Of a stretch of DNA of 60,479 bases, positions 45,704-54,584 are shown one piece after another. The DNA is from a virus (Duplodnaviria > Caudoviricetes), in the IMG/VR virus record IMGVR_UViG_3300048548_000184, positions 1 through 60,479 of that record. The stretch is one strand, 5' to 3'. Within the stretch, counting starts at the first letter, position 1. Each line of letters starts with the position of its first letter. The position numbers and the translations under genes are program-made. The notes below the pieces were generated by a model. The model was not told the DNA's origin. It worked only from the letters and a program-made list of their open reading frames with translations, and did not search any database.

Positions 45704-46516
45704 ATGAAAAATTTAATATATCAAGTATGGGCAGGTGATCTTTCAGAAGAAGCAAAGATTAGTAGTAACTTAATGAAAGCCTATGCAGAAAGAATAGGTG
45801 CTGAATATATACTCGATTTAAATCCAAACATTGCCAGTAAAATATGTGATGTTCCTATGTACTTTGAATGGTTAAATCCAATAATAGATGATAGATTTCT
45901 AAAGTATGATAAAGTACTGTCAGTAGATTTAGATGTTTTTCCTGTACATAATTTGAATGAAAATATATTTGAAGAAGATATTGGCGACATAGGTGCATGC
46001 ACAGAACCTTTTCAAGGTAAACAAAGAGCAACAGTTACTGTTGGGGGGCACATAAATAGAGAGAACGATGAAAGGTGGGCTTCTGTAGTAAAACAAAATT
46101 GGGGGGTCAGTCTCCCAAGAGATGAAGATCAAAACTTAAAAGTATATAACGCTGGAATGGTGGTCTTTACAAAAGAAGGAATTGAAAAAGCAAAGAAGTG
46201 GATGCCGTTTCAAGAATATATTGACTTCATGAGAAATAAAGGGTTTGGAAGATTCTATACTGTAGATCAAAACTATTTTCATTTAATGGTATGTGCAAAC
46301 AGTAACATAGACTTTAGAGAAATGAATAATGGATGGAACTCTCAAGTGCATTACGTAAGAGGCCCATTATCATTAGCTAATAAGATAAACGATGAGCGAA
46401 ATAAAAATACTAAATTAGTCCACGTACAAATGACCGGACATAAATGGGATGAACAAAGTCTTTATGAAATTGTAAACCTCCCTCAAAGCAAATGGAAATT
46501 TGAACTATATTCATGA
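45704..46516 (+). CDS. GT-A glycosyltransferase (GT8-like), paralog of 42424-43224
   Basis: MKNLIYQV, YAERIGAEY, VDLDVF, YNAGMVVF, VDQNY, WN. Confidence 0.8.
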   Translation: MKNLIYQVWAGDLSEEAKISSNLMKAYAERIGAEYILDLNPNIASKICDVPMYFEWLNPIIDDRFLKYDKVLSVDLDVFPVHNLNENIFEEDIGDIGACTEPFQGKQRATVTVGGHINRENDERWASVVKQNWGVSLPRDEDQNLKVYNAGMVVFTKEGIEKAKKWMPFQEYIDFMRNKGFGRFYTVDQNYFHLMVCANSNIDFREMNNGWNSQVHYVRGPLSLANKINDERNKNTKLVHVQMTGHKWDEQSLYEIVNLPQSKWKFELYS

Positions 46517-46526
46517 GAGATAACTA

Positions 46527-47384
46527 ATGAGACTTTTTGTTACAGGCGCAACAGGGTATATTGGAGCACACTTTGTAAAAGCAGCTTCAGAAGCAGGACA
46601 TACTATTGTGGCAACAGATTATAATCTTTCGCAGAACGATTTAACAAAATATTCTGCGAATACTTTAGAGTGGGATATCCGCAAACCCATCACAAACAAA
46701 ATAGTGGGTATAGATAAAGTTATTCACATTGCAGCAAAAACTAAAGTTCCTAACTCAGTAAAAGATCCATACGATTACTACTTGACAAATGTAGTTGGAA
46801 CTAAAAACGTGATAGATGCAGCGCCGTGTAATCATTTCGTATATTGCTCTACAGGTAGTGCTTTCGAACCTGCTAGTAATCCTTATGCAGGATCTAAACA
46901 TGCAGGTGAGCTTATAGCCAAACAGTTCAACAATAAGTGTAGCTTGGTTAGATTTTATAATGTTAGTGGAAATGATGGAATGCAAAAGTATGATGATGAA
47001 TATAGTCATCTAATACGTAGGGCAGCAGCAGTTGTAAATGGTAAGTTTGATAAGTTGTATATTCATGGAACAGATTTTGACACTAGAGATGGTACGTGCA
47101 TAAGGAACTATACGCATGTCAAAGACATAGTAGACTCTCTTTTAAGGATCACTGAGAACGAGCCGACCAATGAGATTGACTGTCTAGGATCACCTGATGG
47201 ATATTCTGTGAGAGAGGTTATAGATACTATGTCTAATGTATCTAGAGTAAACTTTGAAGTAATTGAAGGACCAAGAAGAGATGGTGATATCGATGTATCT
47301 ACTGTTCCGACAAAATCCAAATATTTCGAACAAAAAAAATCACTTGAAGATATGTGCATTGACGCTATAAAATACGAGGTATAG
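46527..47384 (+). CDS. galE: UDP-glucose 4-epimerase-like NAD-dependent epimerase
   Basis: VTGATGYIG, YAGSK, RFYNV, GTDFDTRDGTCIRNYTHV, RRDGD. Confidence 0.85.
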   Translation: MRLFVTGATGYIGAHFVKAASEAGHTIVATDYNLSQNDLTKYSANTLEWDIRKPITNKIVGIDKVIHIAAKTKVPNSVKDPYDYYLTNVVGTKNVIDAAPCNHFVYCSTGSAFEPASNPYAGSKHAGELIAKQFNNKCSLVRFYNVSGNDGMQKYDDEYSHLIRRAAAVVNGKFDKLYIHGTDFDTRDGTCIRNYTHVKDIVDSLLRITENEPTNEIDCLGSPDGYSVREVIDTMSNVSRVNFEVIEGPRRDGDIDVSTVPTKSKYFEQKKSLEDMCIDAIKYEV

Positions 47385-47385
47385 A

Positions 47386-47961
47386 ATGATAAACTCTGAA
47401 CTAGGACATGTGACTTCATTAGAAGAATTTAATAGTGAAATCATACGACAGCAGGAAGAAGCACACGGGGAACACTATTGCGCCATTCATAACGCTATTA
47501 AAAAGTATATCCCAGAGTGTAAATCTTATATGGAACTTGGTACACATCAGGGTGGCACTGCCTCTACTGCCTTACTTTGTAAACCAGAGAGCGTTCAGTT
47601 AGTAGATATTGATACTAGTAGGTATCAAAAGTTCTTGAAACCACTTGCTGAAACGTATGCCGAAAAATATGATATTGACCTAACTGTTTTAGAGGTAAGT
47701 TCTCTTAGTATGAAGTCAACTGCCAAAACAGATATGCTAATGATTGACTCTTTACATCATCCTAATCATATGATACAAGAGTTACGTTTACACCATTCTA
47801 ATACGTATAAATATATCATAGCACACGATACAAGCATCTTGCATGGGAAAAAAGACAACAGACTGTATGATTGTATGCAAAACTTTTGTCTAGATTATCC
47901 TTGGCAAATCGTTGAGAGAAATGAACAGAACGTTGGATATACGGTCTTAAAAAGGAAATAG
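47386..47961 (+). CDS. class I SAM methyltransferase-like
   Basis: YMELGTHQGGT, DMLMIDSLH, IIAHDT, GYTVL. Confidence 0.75.
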   Translation: MINSELGHVTSLEEFNSEIIRQQEEAHGEHYCAIHNAIKKYIPECKSYMELGTHQGGTASTALLCKPESVQLVDIDTSRYQKFLKPLAETYAEKYDIDLTVLEVSSLSMKSTAKTDMLMIDSLHHPNHMIQELRLHHSNTYKYIIAHDTSILHGKKDNRLYDCMQNFCLDYPWQIVERNEQNVGYTVLKRK

Positions 47962-47966
47962 AAGCA

Positions 47967-48803
47967 ATGTCTTTAATTGAAGAACTAGACGGTCATAGAA
48001 GCAAAACTATTCCAACTAGAAAAACTGAAAAGTTTTTAGGTTTAGTAACTACGTTTATAATTTCTGATATAAATTCATCAAGCTCGACTGCAGGTATGAG
48101 AAAGGTTGTGAAATCTATAAAGGACACTAAAAGTCTGATGGACCCGTTCATTATGCCAGCAACAACACCTGAGACTTTAGAAGAAGATTTAAAACTTTTC
48201 GGCATGTCCAAATCTGATTGGACTTATCCTTTAGCGGGTGAAAGCAGAATAGATATTAAAAGTGGTCTACACCTCACTGGATATAATGCTAAAAATATTG
48301 ATAAGGTTATGTCTTGTCTAGTTTCTCATATGAGATGTTGGTTGATTGCGACAGCAGGAAGAATGCCTATCATTGTTTTAGAGCACGATGCTTTAATTAA
48401 AAGAACATTTAATCCTTACGGCACTCCTGTTCGTGATAGCAAAGAATTACTTAAGTATGGAATTATAGGATTAAACAGCCCAAAAGGTGCCACAAGAAAT
48501 TGGTCAACCTATATGCAAGGTGTTTTAGATCAAAGTAAATCTGTAAAAAACACATTTGGAGAATATCAGGTTGTTGATGCGCCTTGGGTGGATAGTAACG
48601 AGTATGTACCTCAAGGATTGGCAGGTAATTCTGCATATCTTATTACCCCTAATGTGGCAAGGAATCTTTTAGACTTAGTTGAGAAATACGGTCTATGGCC
48701 TAATGATGCTTTGATGTGTAAGCAACTATTATCATATCAATTAAAACAAATATATCCATTTGTATCAGAACTTCAAGGTATATCTTCAACAACACAAGGT
48801 TAG
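47967..48803 (+). CDS. GT25-like glycosyltransferase
   Basis: SCLVSH, IVLEHDA, GNSAYLITP, PND, STT. Confidence 0.75.
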   Translation: MSLIEELDGHRSKTIPTRKTEKFLGLVTTFIISDINSSSSTAGMRKVVKSIKDTKSLMDPFIMPATTPETLEEDLKLFGMSKSDWTYPLAGESRIDIKSGLHLTGYNAKNIDKVMSCLVSHMRCWLIATAGRMPIIVLEHDALIKRTFNPYGTPVRDSKELLKYGIIGLNSPKGATRNWSTYMQGVLDQSKSVKNTFGEYQVVDAPWVDSNEYVPQGLAGNSAYLITPNVARNLLDLVEKYGLWPNDALMCKQLLSYQLKQIYPFVSELQGISSTTQG

Positions 48804-48805
48804 TT

Positions 48806-49453
48806 ATGAAAAATTTTGTTATTACTATTCGTGAAAATGATAAGTCTGTAGAAGCCGCACAGAAATGTATACAGTCTGCTGCTAAGTTTGGCTTAGAAGT
48901 GGACTACTATGATGCGTTTGTACCTTCGGAGTCTAAAGAGTTTATCAAAGAACAAAAGATAAACGATTTAGCCTTTAACAACAATAAGTTTTCTAGAGAA
49001 GATAATGCCAGAGCAGCCTTTTGTTCGCACTTTTCTCTTTGGCAGTTCTCCATGGAATGTAACGAAGAAATTACTATCTTTGAACATGATGCTGTAGTTG
49101 TTGATCCTATTCCTGAAATGAGTTATAATGGTTGTATATCTATTGGTAAACCATCTTATGGAAAGTGGATAACACCTAGTTCTCTAGGAACAAATCCTCT
49201 GACTTCTAAGAAATACTTTCCTGGTGCTCACGCCTACAGGTTAAATCCTAAGGGAGCAAAGGAATTGGTGGAAAGGGCTAGATTAGAAGCGGGTCCAACT
49301 GATGTGTTTTTAAATATACATAGCTTTCCATTTCTGCAAGAGTACTATCCTTGGCCTGTAGAAGTGCGAGAAAGCTTTACTACCATCCAAAAAACTCAAG
49401 GGTGTTTAGCAAAGCATATGTATAACAAGGATTATATTATAGAGGATGTTTGA
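48806..49453 (+). CDS. GT25-like glycosyltransferase
   Basis: AFCSHFSLW, IFEHDA, GAHAYRLNP, PTD. Confidence 0.75.
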   Translation: MKNFVITIRENDKSVEAAQKCIQSAAKFGLEVDYYDAFVPSESKEFIKEQKINDLAFNNNKFSREDNARAAFCSHFSLWQFSMECNEEITIFEHDAVVVDPIPEMSYNGCISIGKPSYGKWITPSSLGTNPLTSKKYFPGAHAYRLNPKGAKELVERARLEAGPTDVFLNIHSFPFLQEYYPWPVEVRESFTTIQKTQGCLAKHMYNKDYIIEDV

Positions 49454-50147
49454 TATGACTGTAACAGTAAGCTGTGTATATTGGGGTAGTAAGTTTTCTT
49501 TAGATTATGTGTATAACCTAAAAGCATCTATAGAAAGAAATACCACAGTTCCTCATAAATTTGTTTGCTACACTGATAGGTCTATTCCTAATGTAGAGAC
49601 AAAAATTCTTAAGCCCGGTTATGAAGGGTGGTGGAACAAACTTCAACTTTTCGACCCCGCTAATAAAGTAAGTAATCGTATGATTTATCTTGATCTAGAC
49701 ACAGTGATTACGGGAAACCTTGATTGGTTGTTGAATGATCGATCATGGTTCATGGGTGTTGAAGATGTCGGTGCCGTAAATAAACATCAGCCACATCTAA
49801 AGAATGTTTTACAGACGGGTATAATGTCTTGGGATTTTGATCCTGTGTCTTTTATATGGTCAGAATTCGTATTAAGTTTTGATAGAGTGGTTGATACTTA
49901 TCGTGGAGATGGAGAATATCTCAGCACCATAATCAATCCTTATCAAAGAACACTTCTTCAGTACAAATATCCTGATGCGTTGAAGTCATATAAGTATGAC
50001 GTGTACCCTAACAAACTAAAGAGGGAAACTTCTATTGTAGGATTTCATGGAAGACCAAGTATTGAACAGGCAATGACTGAGACTATAGCAACTCCTATGG
50101 CTATTTACGAACCTCAGAAATGGATTAAGGATTATTGGAAACGATGA
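49446..50147 (+). CDS. GT-A glycosyltransferase
   Basis: CVYWGSKF, FVCYTD, WWNKLQLF, YLDLDTVI, GDG, FHGRP. Confidence 0.8.
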   Translation: MFDMTVTVSCVYWGSKFSLDYVYNLKASIERNTTVPHKFVCYTDRSIPNVETKILKPGYEGWWNKLQLFDPANKVSNRMIYLDLDTVITGNLDWLLNDRSWFMGVEDVGAVNKHQPHLKNVLQTGIMSWDFDPVSFIWSEFVLSFDRVVDTYRGDGEYLSTIINPYQRTLLQYKYPDALKSYKYDVYPNKLKRETSIVGFHGRPSIEQAMTETIATPMAIYEPQKWIKDYWKR

Positions 50148-50773
50148 GCAGAACAGCACATGTGATAGGTAACGGCGATCAAGCACAGTTATATAGACCT
50201 GCGAAGGGTATCAAAGTAGCTTGCAATCAACCCCCAATGGCTATTGAAAATCTATATGCTTCTTGTATCGTAGACTTCAAAATGTCTGCTGCACTCACAG
50301 AAGGAAGTGTAGAGATCCCGGGGGATTGGGTGCTAGGGTATAGACCTAAGATCTGGTATACAAGAAATGAAATCTTTAAGATGCGCTTTGGTCACAAGAT
50401 CAAAGAGTTCTATACAGTTTTACCGCCATACACAAAACTATTTCCAAATGAAAATGAAGGTAATATGTACACGAACTTTAACTGTGGACATATGGCAGTA
50501 CACTATACTGCAAACAGACTGAAGCCTGACATTCTTCACATGTACGGATTTGATTCCATATTTGATATGAACATGAGAAGCTACACAGACTTTGTTTTAA
50601 ACTCAGACAGAGGTGCTACTAATAACGTGAGACTAGCAGACAGGTGGAGACCTATCTGGAACGGTATTTTTGGAGAGTTCAAGAACACTCAGTTTGTCCT
50701 TCACCACATTCATAATAAATCTAAAATCCAACTACCTGATAACGTTGAGGTTTATGTTCCACAAAAAGCTTGA
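50144..50773 (+). CDS. nucleotide-sugar transferase-like protein (GNG...CN...GFD pattern)
   Basis: AHVIGNG, VACN, NCGHMA, MYGFD. Confidence 0.5.
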   Translation: MSRTAHVIGNGDQAQLYRPAKGIKVACNQPPMAIENLYASCIVDFKMSAALTEGSVEIPGDWVLGYRPKIWYTRNEIFKMRFGHKIKEFYTVLPPYTKLFPNENEGNMYTNFNCGHMAVHYTANRLKPDILHMYGFDSIFDMNMRSYTDFVLNSDRGATNNVRLADRWRPIWNGIFGEFKNTQFVLHHIHNKSKIQLPDNVEVYVPQKA

Positions 50774-50798
50774 CAACAATGTCACCATAGTGTAATCT
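50770..50798 (+). promoter_or_regulatory. sigma70-type early promoter
   Basis: TTGACA-17-TAATCT. Confidence 0.6.
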
Positions 50799-50824
50799 GT
50801 ATATGTAACAATAAGAGATTCTAT

Positions 50825-51193
50825 ATGATTGTTGAGTTTAAAAGTAAGTTCGCCAAAAAGAAAGAAGACCTCATCTGTGATGTCATTGCTTTCGGAGCAC
50901 AAAAACTTTTCCCTTCTAAAGATGCTGTTTATATAAATATTGAAGCAATCAGAAAACAAGGAGTGTGCGGCGATTGCATATTAGAAGACGATGATGAGTT
51001 TACTATTCGTCTTAACAAATCACTTTCCATAACAGATCTAATAACTACAGTTCTACATGAGCTTGTTCACGTGAGTCAATATCTCAAGTGTTTAATCATG
51101 GATACTGAGAGTGCCTATGAAGATCGTTGGCAGGAGATTGAAGCCCATGCAATGGAGAAGGAACTATTAGAGGAATACATGGTTGGACATTAA
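50825..51193 (+). CDS. HExxH metallopeptidase-like protein
   Basis: TVLHELVHVSQY, WQEIEA. Confidence 0.75.
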   Translation: MIVEFKSKFAKKKEDLICDVIAFGAQKLFPSKDAVYINIEAIRKQGVCGDCILEDDDEFTIRLNKSLSITDLITTVLHELVHVSQYLKCLIMDTESAYEDRWQEIEAHAMEKELLEEYMVGH

Positions 51194-51479
51194 CGGAATA
51201 GAAAAAGCATGTATGGAAATATGTGACGATAATACTAATATGTCAATACCATGGTATCTCATGGCGGCATATGCATATTATGAAGAAGATAGCCCAATAA
51301 TAAGTGATGGTATGTTTGACAGACTTGCCAAGAAGATTTTAAAAGATTGGGATAATATTACGCACATGCATAAGCAACATCTAAACATAGATATGTTAGA
51401 GGCAGGTACATTCATAGGGGAATACCCAACACGAATAAAAGGAGCATTGCAAAGTGTCAGACAATCATACAAAGAATGA
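51183..51479 (+). CDS. stand-alone NAD+-dependent DNA ligase N-terminal (Ia)-like domain
   Basis: AYAYYEEDSPIISDGMFDRL matches YY..D.P.ISD..YD.L; TTG start. Confidence 0.6.
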   Translation: MDINGIEKACMEICDDNTNMSIPWYLMAAYAYYEEDSPIISDGMFDRLAKKILKDWDNITHMHKQHLNIDMLEAGTFIGEYPTRIKGALQSVRQSYKE

Positions 51480-51771
51480 TGGTCCGATTGATGATATTAC
51501 AACTGAAACTTTAGAGGGATGGATTAGACGTGACAGTAGTAGAAGTGGCGAGACGGATCTTAGACAACGATTGGAAGGGAGTAAAGGAAGTGGATATCTC
51601 AACTCTTGGACTCGCTTTGAGCATGGTTGAGGTAGTGAAGAAATGACTCTCAGCGAACTGCGAAAAGCTTTGAATGATCTTGGTATTGAGTATATGATAA
51701 AGAAGCAAAATACTCACTCAGAAGATCACAGAGGAAATCTAGTAACTGTGAGATTTTTAATAGATGATGAG

Positions 51772-51818
51772 AAAGAGGGTTGACAGCCCTCTTTTTTTAT
51801 TGTAGGTTGATTCTGTAA
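51772..51818 (+). promoter_or_regulatory. early promoter copy with -35 in a terminator hairpin loop
   Basis: AAAGAGGG-TTGACAG-CCCTCTTT; TAGGTT-GATTCTGTAA. Confidence 0.8.
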
Positions 51819-51831
51819 TAAGGAGATAATT

Positions 51832-52173
51832 ATGCAAGAACAGATAGACACTCTACTCGAAAATATCAAAGCTGAATATGTTAACTTCAAACAAATGTGT
51901 GGTTCTAAAGATACCGTTACTGGTCAGAAGATGATCAAGGATTTTGATGAAGGTCTTGGTTACAAAATAGGTAAGAAGTATATCAAGATCACTAAAGAAA
52001 ACAATGGTTGCGTTTGGGGTTTCGTTGTCAACACTGACGAAGATAAGAAGTTTCGTAAAGGTGACATCTTGAAAGCTGCAGGTTGGAATGCCCCTGCACG
52101 TAACAAGGCACGTGGTAATGTTGTTGATGGTCAATACAACATCTGTTGGACTGGTCCTAACTATCTACGTTAG
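51832..52173 (+). CDS. conserved phage early hypothetical protein
   Basis: GKKYIKI, VWGFV, GDILKAAGWNAPA..ARGNV, WTGPNYL. Confidence 0.75.
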   Translation: MQEQIDTLLENIKAEYVNFKQMCGSKDTVTGQKMIKDFDEGLGYKIGKKYIKITKENNGCVWGFVVNTDEDKKFRKGDILKAAGWNAPARNKARGNVVDGQYNICWTGPNYLR

Positions 52174-52208
52174 GACTTGACTTAAAGTTAAACTAAAGGA
52201 GAAAATCT

Positions 52209-52421
52209 ATGGGTGCTATGAAACAATTAGTGATTGAAGAAGAAGAAAAGATCGGTGGCGAGTTACAAGATCAAGTTTTCTTCTATGATAATTTCTCCGA
52301 GTTTCGTAAAAAAGTGTATGCAACATACGAAACAAACTGGTATTTAAAAGATAAGGTTATCTGTAAAGAGTATGTTGATGAGGTTTCATATTATATATGG
52401 AATTGTAAATTTAGTAGTTGA
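52209..52421 (+). CDS. hypothetical protein
   Basis: AAGGAG RBS. Confidence 0.6.
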   Translation: MGAMKQLVIEEEEKIGGELQDQVFFYDNFSEFRKKVYATYETNWYLKDKVICKEYVDEVSYYIWNCKFSS

Positions 52422-52456
52422 CATCAAGTTAAAAGTTTGCTAATGTGATTCTGTAA
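52418..52456 (+). promoter_or_regulatory. conserved early promoter (repeat copy)
   Basis: TTGACATCAAGTTAA...TAATGT-GATTCTGTAA. Confidence 0.85.
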
Positions 52457-52465
52457 TAAGGAGAC

Positions 52466-52681
52466 ATGATGATGTATGAAGTTGGAATGGGTGTTATTCG
52501 TGAGTATGTCAATATTGGCGCAGACAACTATACTGCCAAGGGAGAAATCTCAAGCATTCACGAAAACTCAGATGGTGAGACTCTTGTTACTGTAATGTAC
52601 GATGACGGTGCGGTAAAAGTCTACACTGAGAACGCAATGAACAATAAACGTATGATTGTAACTGAAGAGGTGATTTGGTAA
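52466..52681 (+). CDS. hypothetical early protein
   Basis: AGGAG RBS. Confidence 0.65.
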   Translation: MMMYEVGMGVIREYVNIGADNYTAKGEISSIHENSDGETLVTVMYDDGAVKVYTENAMNNKRMIVTEEVIW

Positions 52682-52890
52682 TGTTTGCTTACTGCGATTA
52701 TATCGCTGATGAGATCAGCAGTAAGTTCTGGTCTCAACAATCTGAAAACATTGTTGCCAAAGTTGGTAATGTTAACTATGATCTTCATCCTGAACAGGGG
52801 TGGATGATGAGCACGAAAAAAACGATTGAATTGACTGACAATAACGGTAAGATGTACCGTGTAACTGTAGAGGAAATTGATAATGTTTGA
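52675..52890 (+). CDS. hypothetical protein
   Basis: ORF track; probable ATG at 52681. Confidence 0.6.
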   Translation: MVMFAYCDYIADEISSKFWSQQSENIVAKVGNVNYDLHPEQGWMMSTKKTIELTDNNGKMYRVTVEEIDNV

Positions 52891-53083
52891 TAAGTTTTTC
52901 ACAGATATGAAAATCTTTATGGGGTTGAAAGAAAACACCAATGAAGATGGTTCTATTAACTGGAGCTTTATTGATAGTGATCTATTCATGAAATGGTCTG
53001 TACTGCTTGATGGTGAAACTTACACTGAATGGTTTGACAAAGCTGCAGATATTATAGAGGATGAGTTAAATGTCAAAATATAA
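52877..53083 (+). CDS. hypothetical protein
   Basis: ENTNEDGSINWSFIDSD motif. Confidence 0.6.
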   Translation: MIMFDKFFTDMKIFMGLKENTNEDGSINWSFIDSDLFMKWSVLLDGETYTEWFDKAADIIEDELNVKI

Positions 53084-53177
53084 TAAAGAAGCTGTTGAAC
53101 AGCAAATCCGCAAGGAAGGTATCAAAGGTAAAGAAGCAAAACTGATCCATGCTCTGCTGAAAGGGCATGGAAAATAA
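53070..53177 (+). CDS. small hypothetical protein (35 aa)
   Basis: Read from sequence: MSKYNKEAVEQQIRKEGIKGKEAKLIHALLKGHGK*. Confidence 0.55.
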   Translation: MSKYNKEAVEQQIRKEGIKGKEAKLIHALLKGHGK

Positions 53178-53180
53178 CAC

Positions 53181-53219
53181 TTGACATCAAGTCAAAAATA
53201 TCATAATGTGATTCTGTAA
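53181..53219 (+). promoter_or_regulatory. conserved early promoter (repeat copy)
   Basis: TTGACATCAAGTCAA...TAATGT-GATTCTGTAA. Confidence 0.85.
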
Positions 53220-53240
53220 TAGAGAGAAAGTGAGAATATA

Positions 53241-53654
53241 ATGGCTTATATGTCCCAAGCAAAGAAAAAAGAACTTGCCCCTGCTATCAAAAGTGTTTTG
53301 AAGAAGTACGGTGTTAAAGGCTCTATTGGTGTTAATAACCATTCCTCATTAGTTGTTACCATTCGGGAAGGATCTATTGATTTCATCGGCATGGCAAATG
53401 CCAAAAACAAAGAGATTGCTGAACGGCGTAATCAGCCTTATTATGCTAATGAAGGATACATTCAAGTAAACCATAATTATCCTGAGAACTATGGTGAAGC
53501 TGCACCTATGATCGAAGAACTTTCAGATGCTATGCATGGCGCAGGTTGGTATAACAACAGCGACATTATGACCGACTATTTTGATATTGCATGGTATGTT
53601 GATATCAATATCGGTAAGTGGGATAAACCCTATAAACTGGTAGAAAGTGCTTGA
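53241..53654 (+). CDS. conserved phage early hypothetical protein
   Basis: MAYMSQ, KYGVKGS, SDIMTDYFD..WY..INIGKWDKPY. Confidence 0.7.
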   Translation: MAYMSQAKKKELAPAIKSVLKKYGVKGSIGVNNHSSLVVTIREGSIDFIGMANAKNKEIAERRNQPYYANEGYIQVNHNYPENYGEAAPMIEELSDAMHGAGWYNNSDIMTDYFDIAWYVDINIGKWDKPYKLVESA

Positions 53655-53689
53655 CATTAAGTCAAGGATATGCTAATGTGATTCTGTAA
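53651..53689 (+). promoter_or_regulatory. conserved early promoter (repeat copy)
   Basis: TTGACATTAAGTCAA...TAATGT-GATTCTGTAA. Confidence 0.85.
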
Positions 53690-53708
53690 GAAAGAGAAAA
53701 GAAAATAA

Positions 53709-54293
53709 ATGATTCACGTACTAAGCAATAAAACAATTCTGACTGACTGTGACGGTGTGCTCCTTGATTGGGAGTACGCCTTTGACGCTTGGATGAAGCG
53801 GCATGGTTATGAAGTTGTTCAAGAGAATGCCTATAAGATGAACATCAAGTATGGGCTTGAAAAGGCTGAAGCTAAGAAGCTTATTCGGATGTTTAATGAA
53901 AGTGCTCAAGTTCGGAAACTTGGACCCCTTCGGGATGCCATCAAGTATGTTAAGAAGCTTCACGAAGAACATGGGTTTGTGTTCCATGCAATCACTAGTT
54001 TGAGCAACGATCAATATGCCCAACACTTACGGACCAAAAACCTTCGGGAGTTGTTTGGCGACACTGTGTTTGAGAAGTATGTTTACCTTGACACTGGTGC
54101 TGACAAAGATGAGGCTCTTGCGCCTTATGCAGGTAGCGGTTGTGTTTGGGTTGAAGATAAACCTGCCAACGTTGACCTTGGTATTCAATTGGGTTTGGAA
54201 GGTATCTTGATTGATCATCACCACAACGCTGATTATGATGGTGCTGCCACTAAGGTTTGGGGTTGGAAAGAAATCTATGAAATGTTAACTTAG
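53709..54293 (+). CDS. HAD-superfamily hydrolase (5'(3')-nucleotidase-like)
   Basis: ILTDCDGVL (DxDG), AITS, K, WVEDK..N. Confidence 0.85.
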   Translation: MIHVLSNKTILTDCDGVLLDWEYAFDAWMKRHGYEVVQENAYKMNIKYGLEKAEAKKLIRMFNESAQVRKLGPLRDAIKYVKKLHEEHGFVFHAITSLSNDQYAQHLRTKNLRELFGDTVFEKYVYLDTGADKDEALAPYAGSGCVWVEDKPANVDLGIQLGLEGILIDHHHNADYDGAATKVWGWKEIYEMLT

Positions 54294-54296
54294 GCG

Positions 54297-54335
54297 TTGA
54301 CATTAAGTTAAGTAAATGCTACATTGATTCTGTAA
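54297..54335 (+). promoter_or_regulatory. conserved early promoter (repeat copy)
   Basis: TTGACATTAAGTTAA...TACATT-GATTCTGTAA. Confidence 0.85.
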
Positions 54336-54353
54336 TAAAGAGAAAGATACATA

Positions 54354-54584
54354 ATGATACAATCGACTCAGAACGGATTTGAAATAGCTGAAGAAGAAAT
54401 GGATCGTATCCATGCCGATACTGCTCAAGGCGAGCAATCTATTGCAGTTCAGATAGATATGAAAAGGTGGGCGTTAAAAGAAGGTCTGTGGTCTTCTGAG
54501 ACTTATAAGAATATTATTGTTCTTTACGCTATTGCCCAAGGTTGGCTTCAAGAATATAATGATGGAATGGAGATTGTATACTAA
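54354..54584 (+). CDS. hypothetical protein
   Basis: ORF track. Confidence 0.6.
   Translation: MIQSTQNGFEIAEEEMDRIHADTAQGEQSIAVQIDMKRWALKEGLWSSETYKNIIVLYAIAQGWLQEYNDGMEIVY

Noticed and set aside
28787-50940. TATAAATA octamers inside coding regions (e.g. 28787, ~47806, ~50932)
   Set aside because: Expected by chance in AT-rich DNA; only copies near gene starts were called.
51454-51783. Several overlapping tiny ORFs
   Set aside because: Competing frames with no motifs; cannot tell which are real.
51780-54335. Repeated ~40-nt elements as a possible CRISPR array
   Set aside because: Spacing is hundreds of bases with genes in between, the repeats are promoter-shaped, and no cas genes are present.
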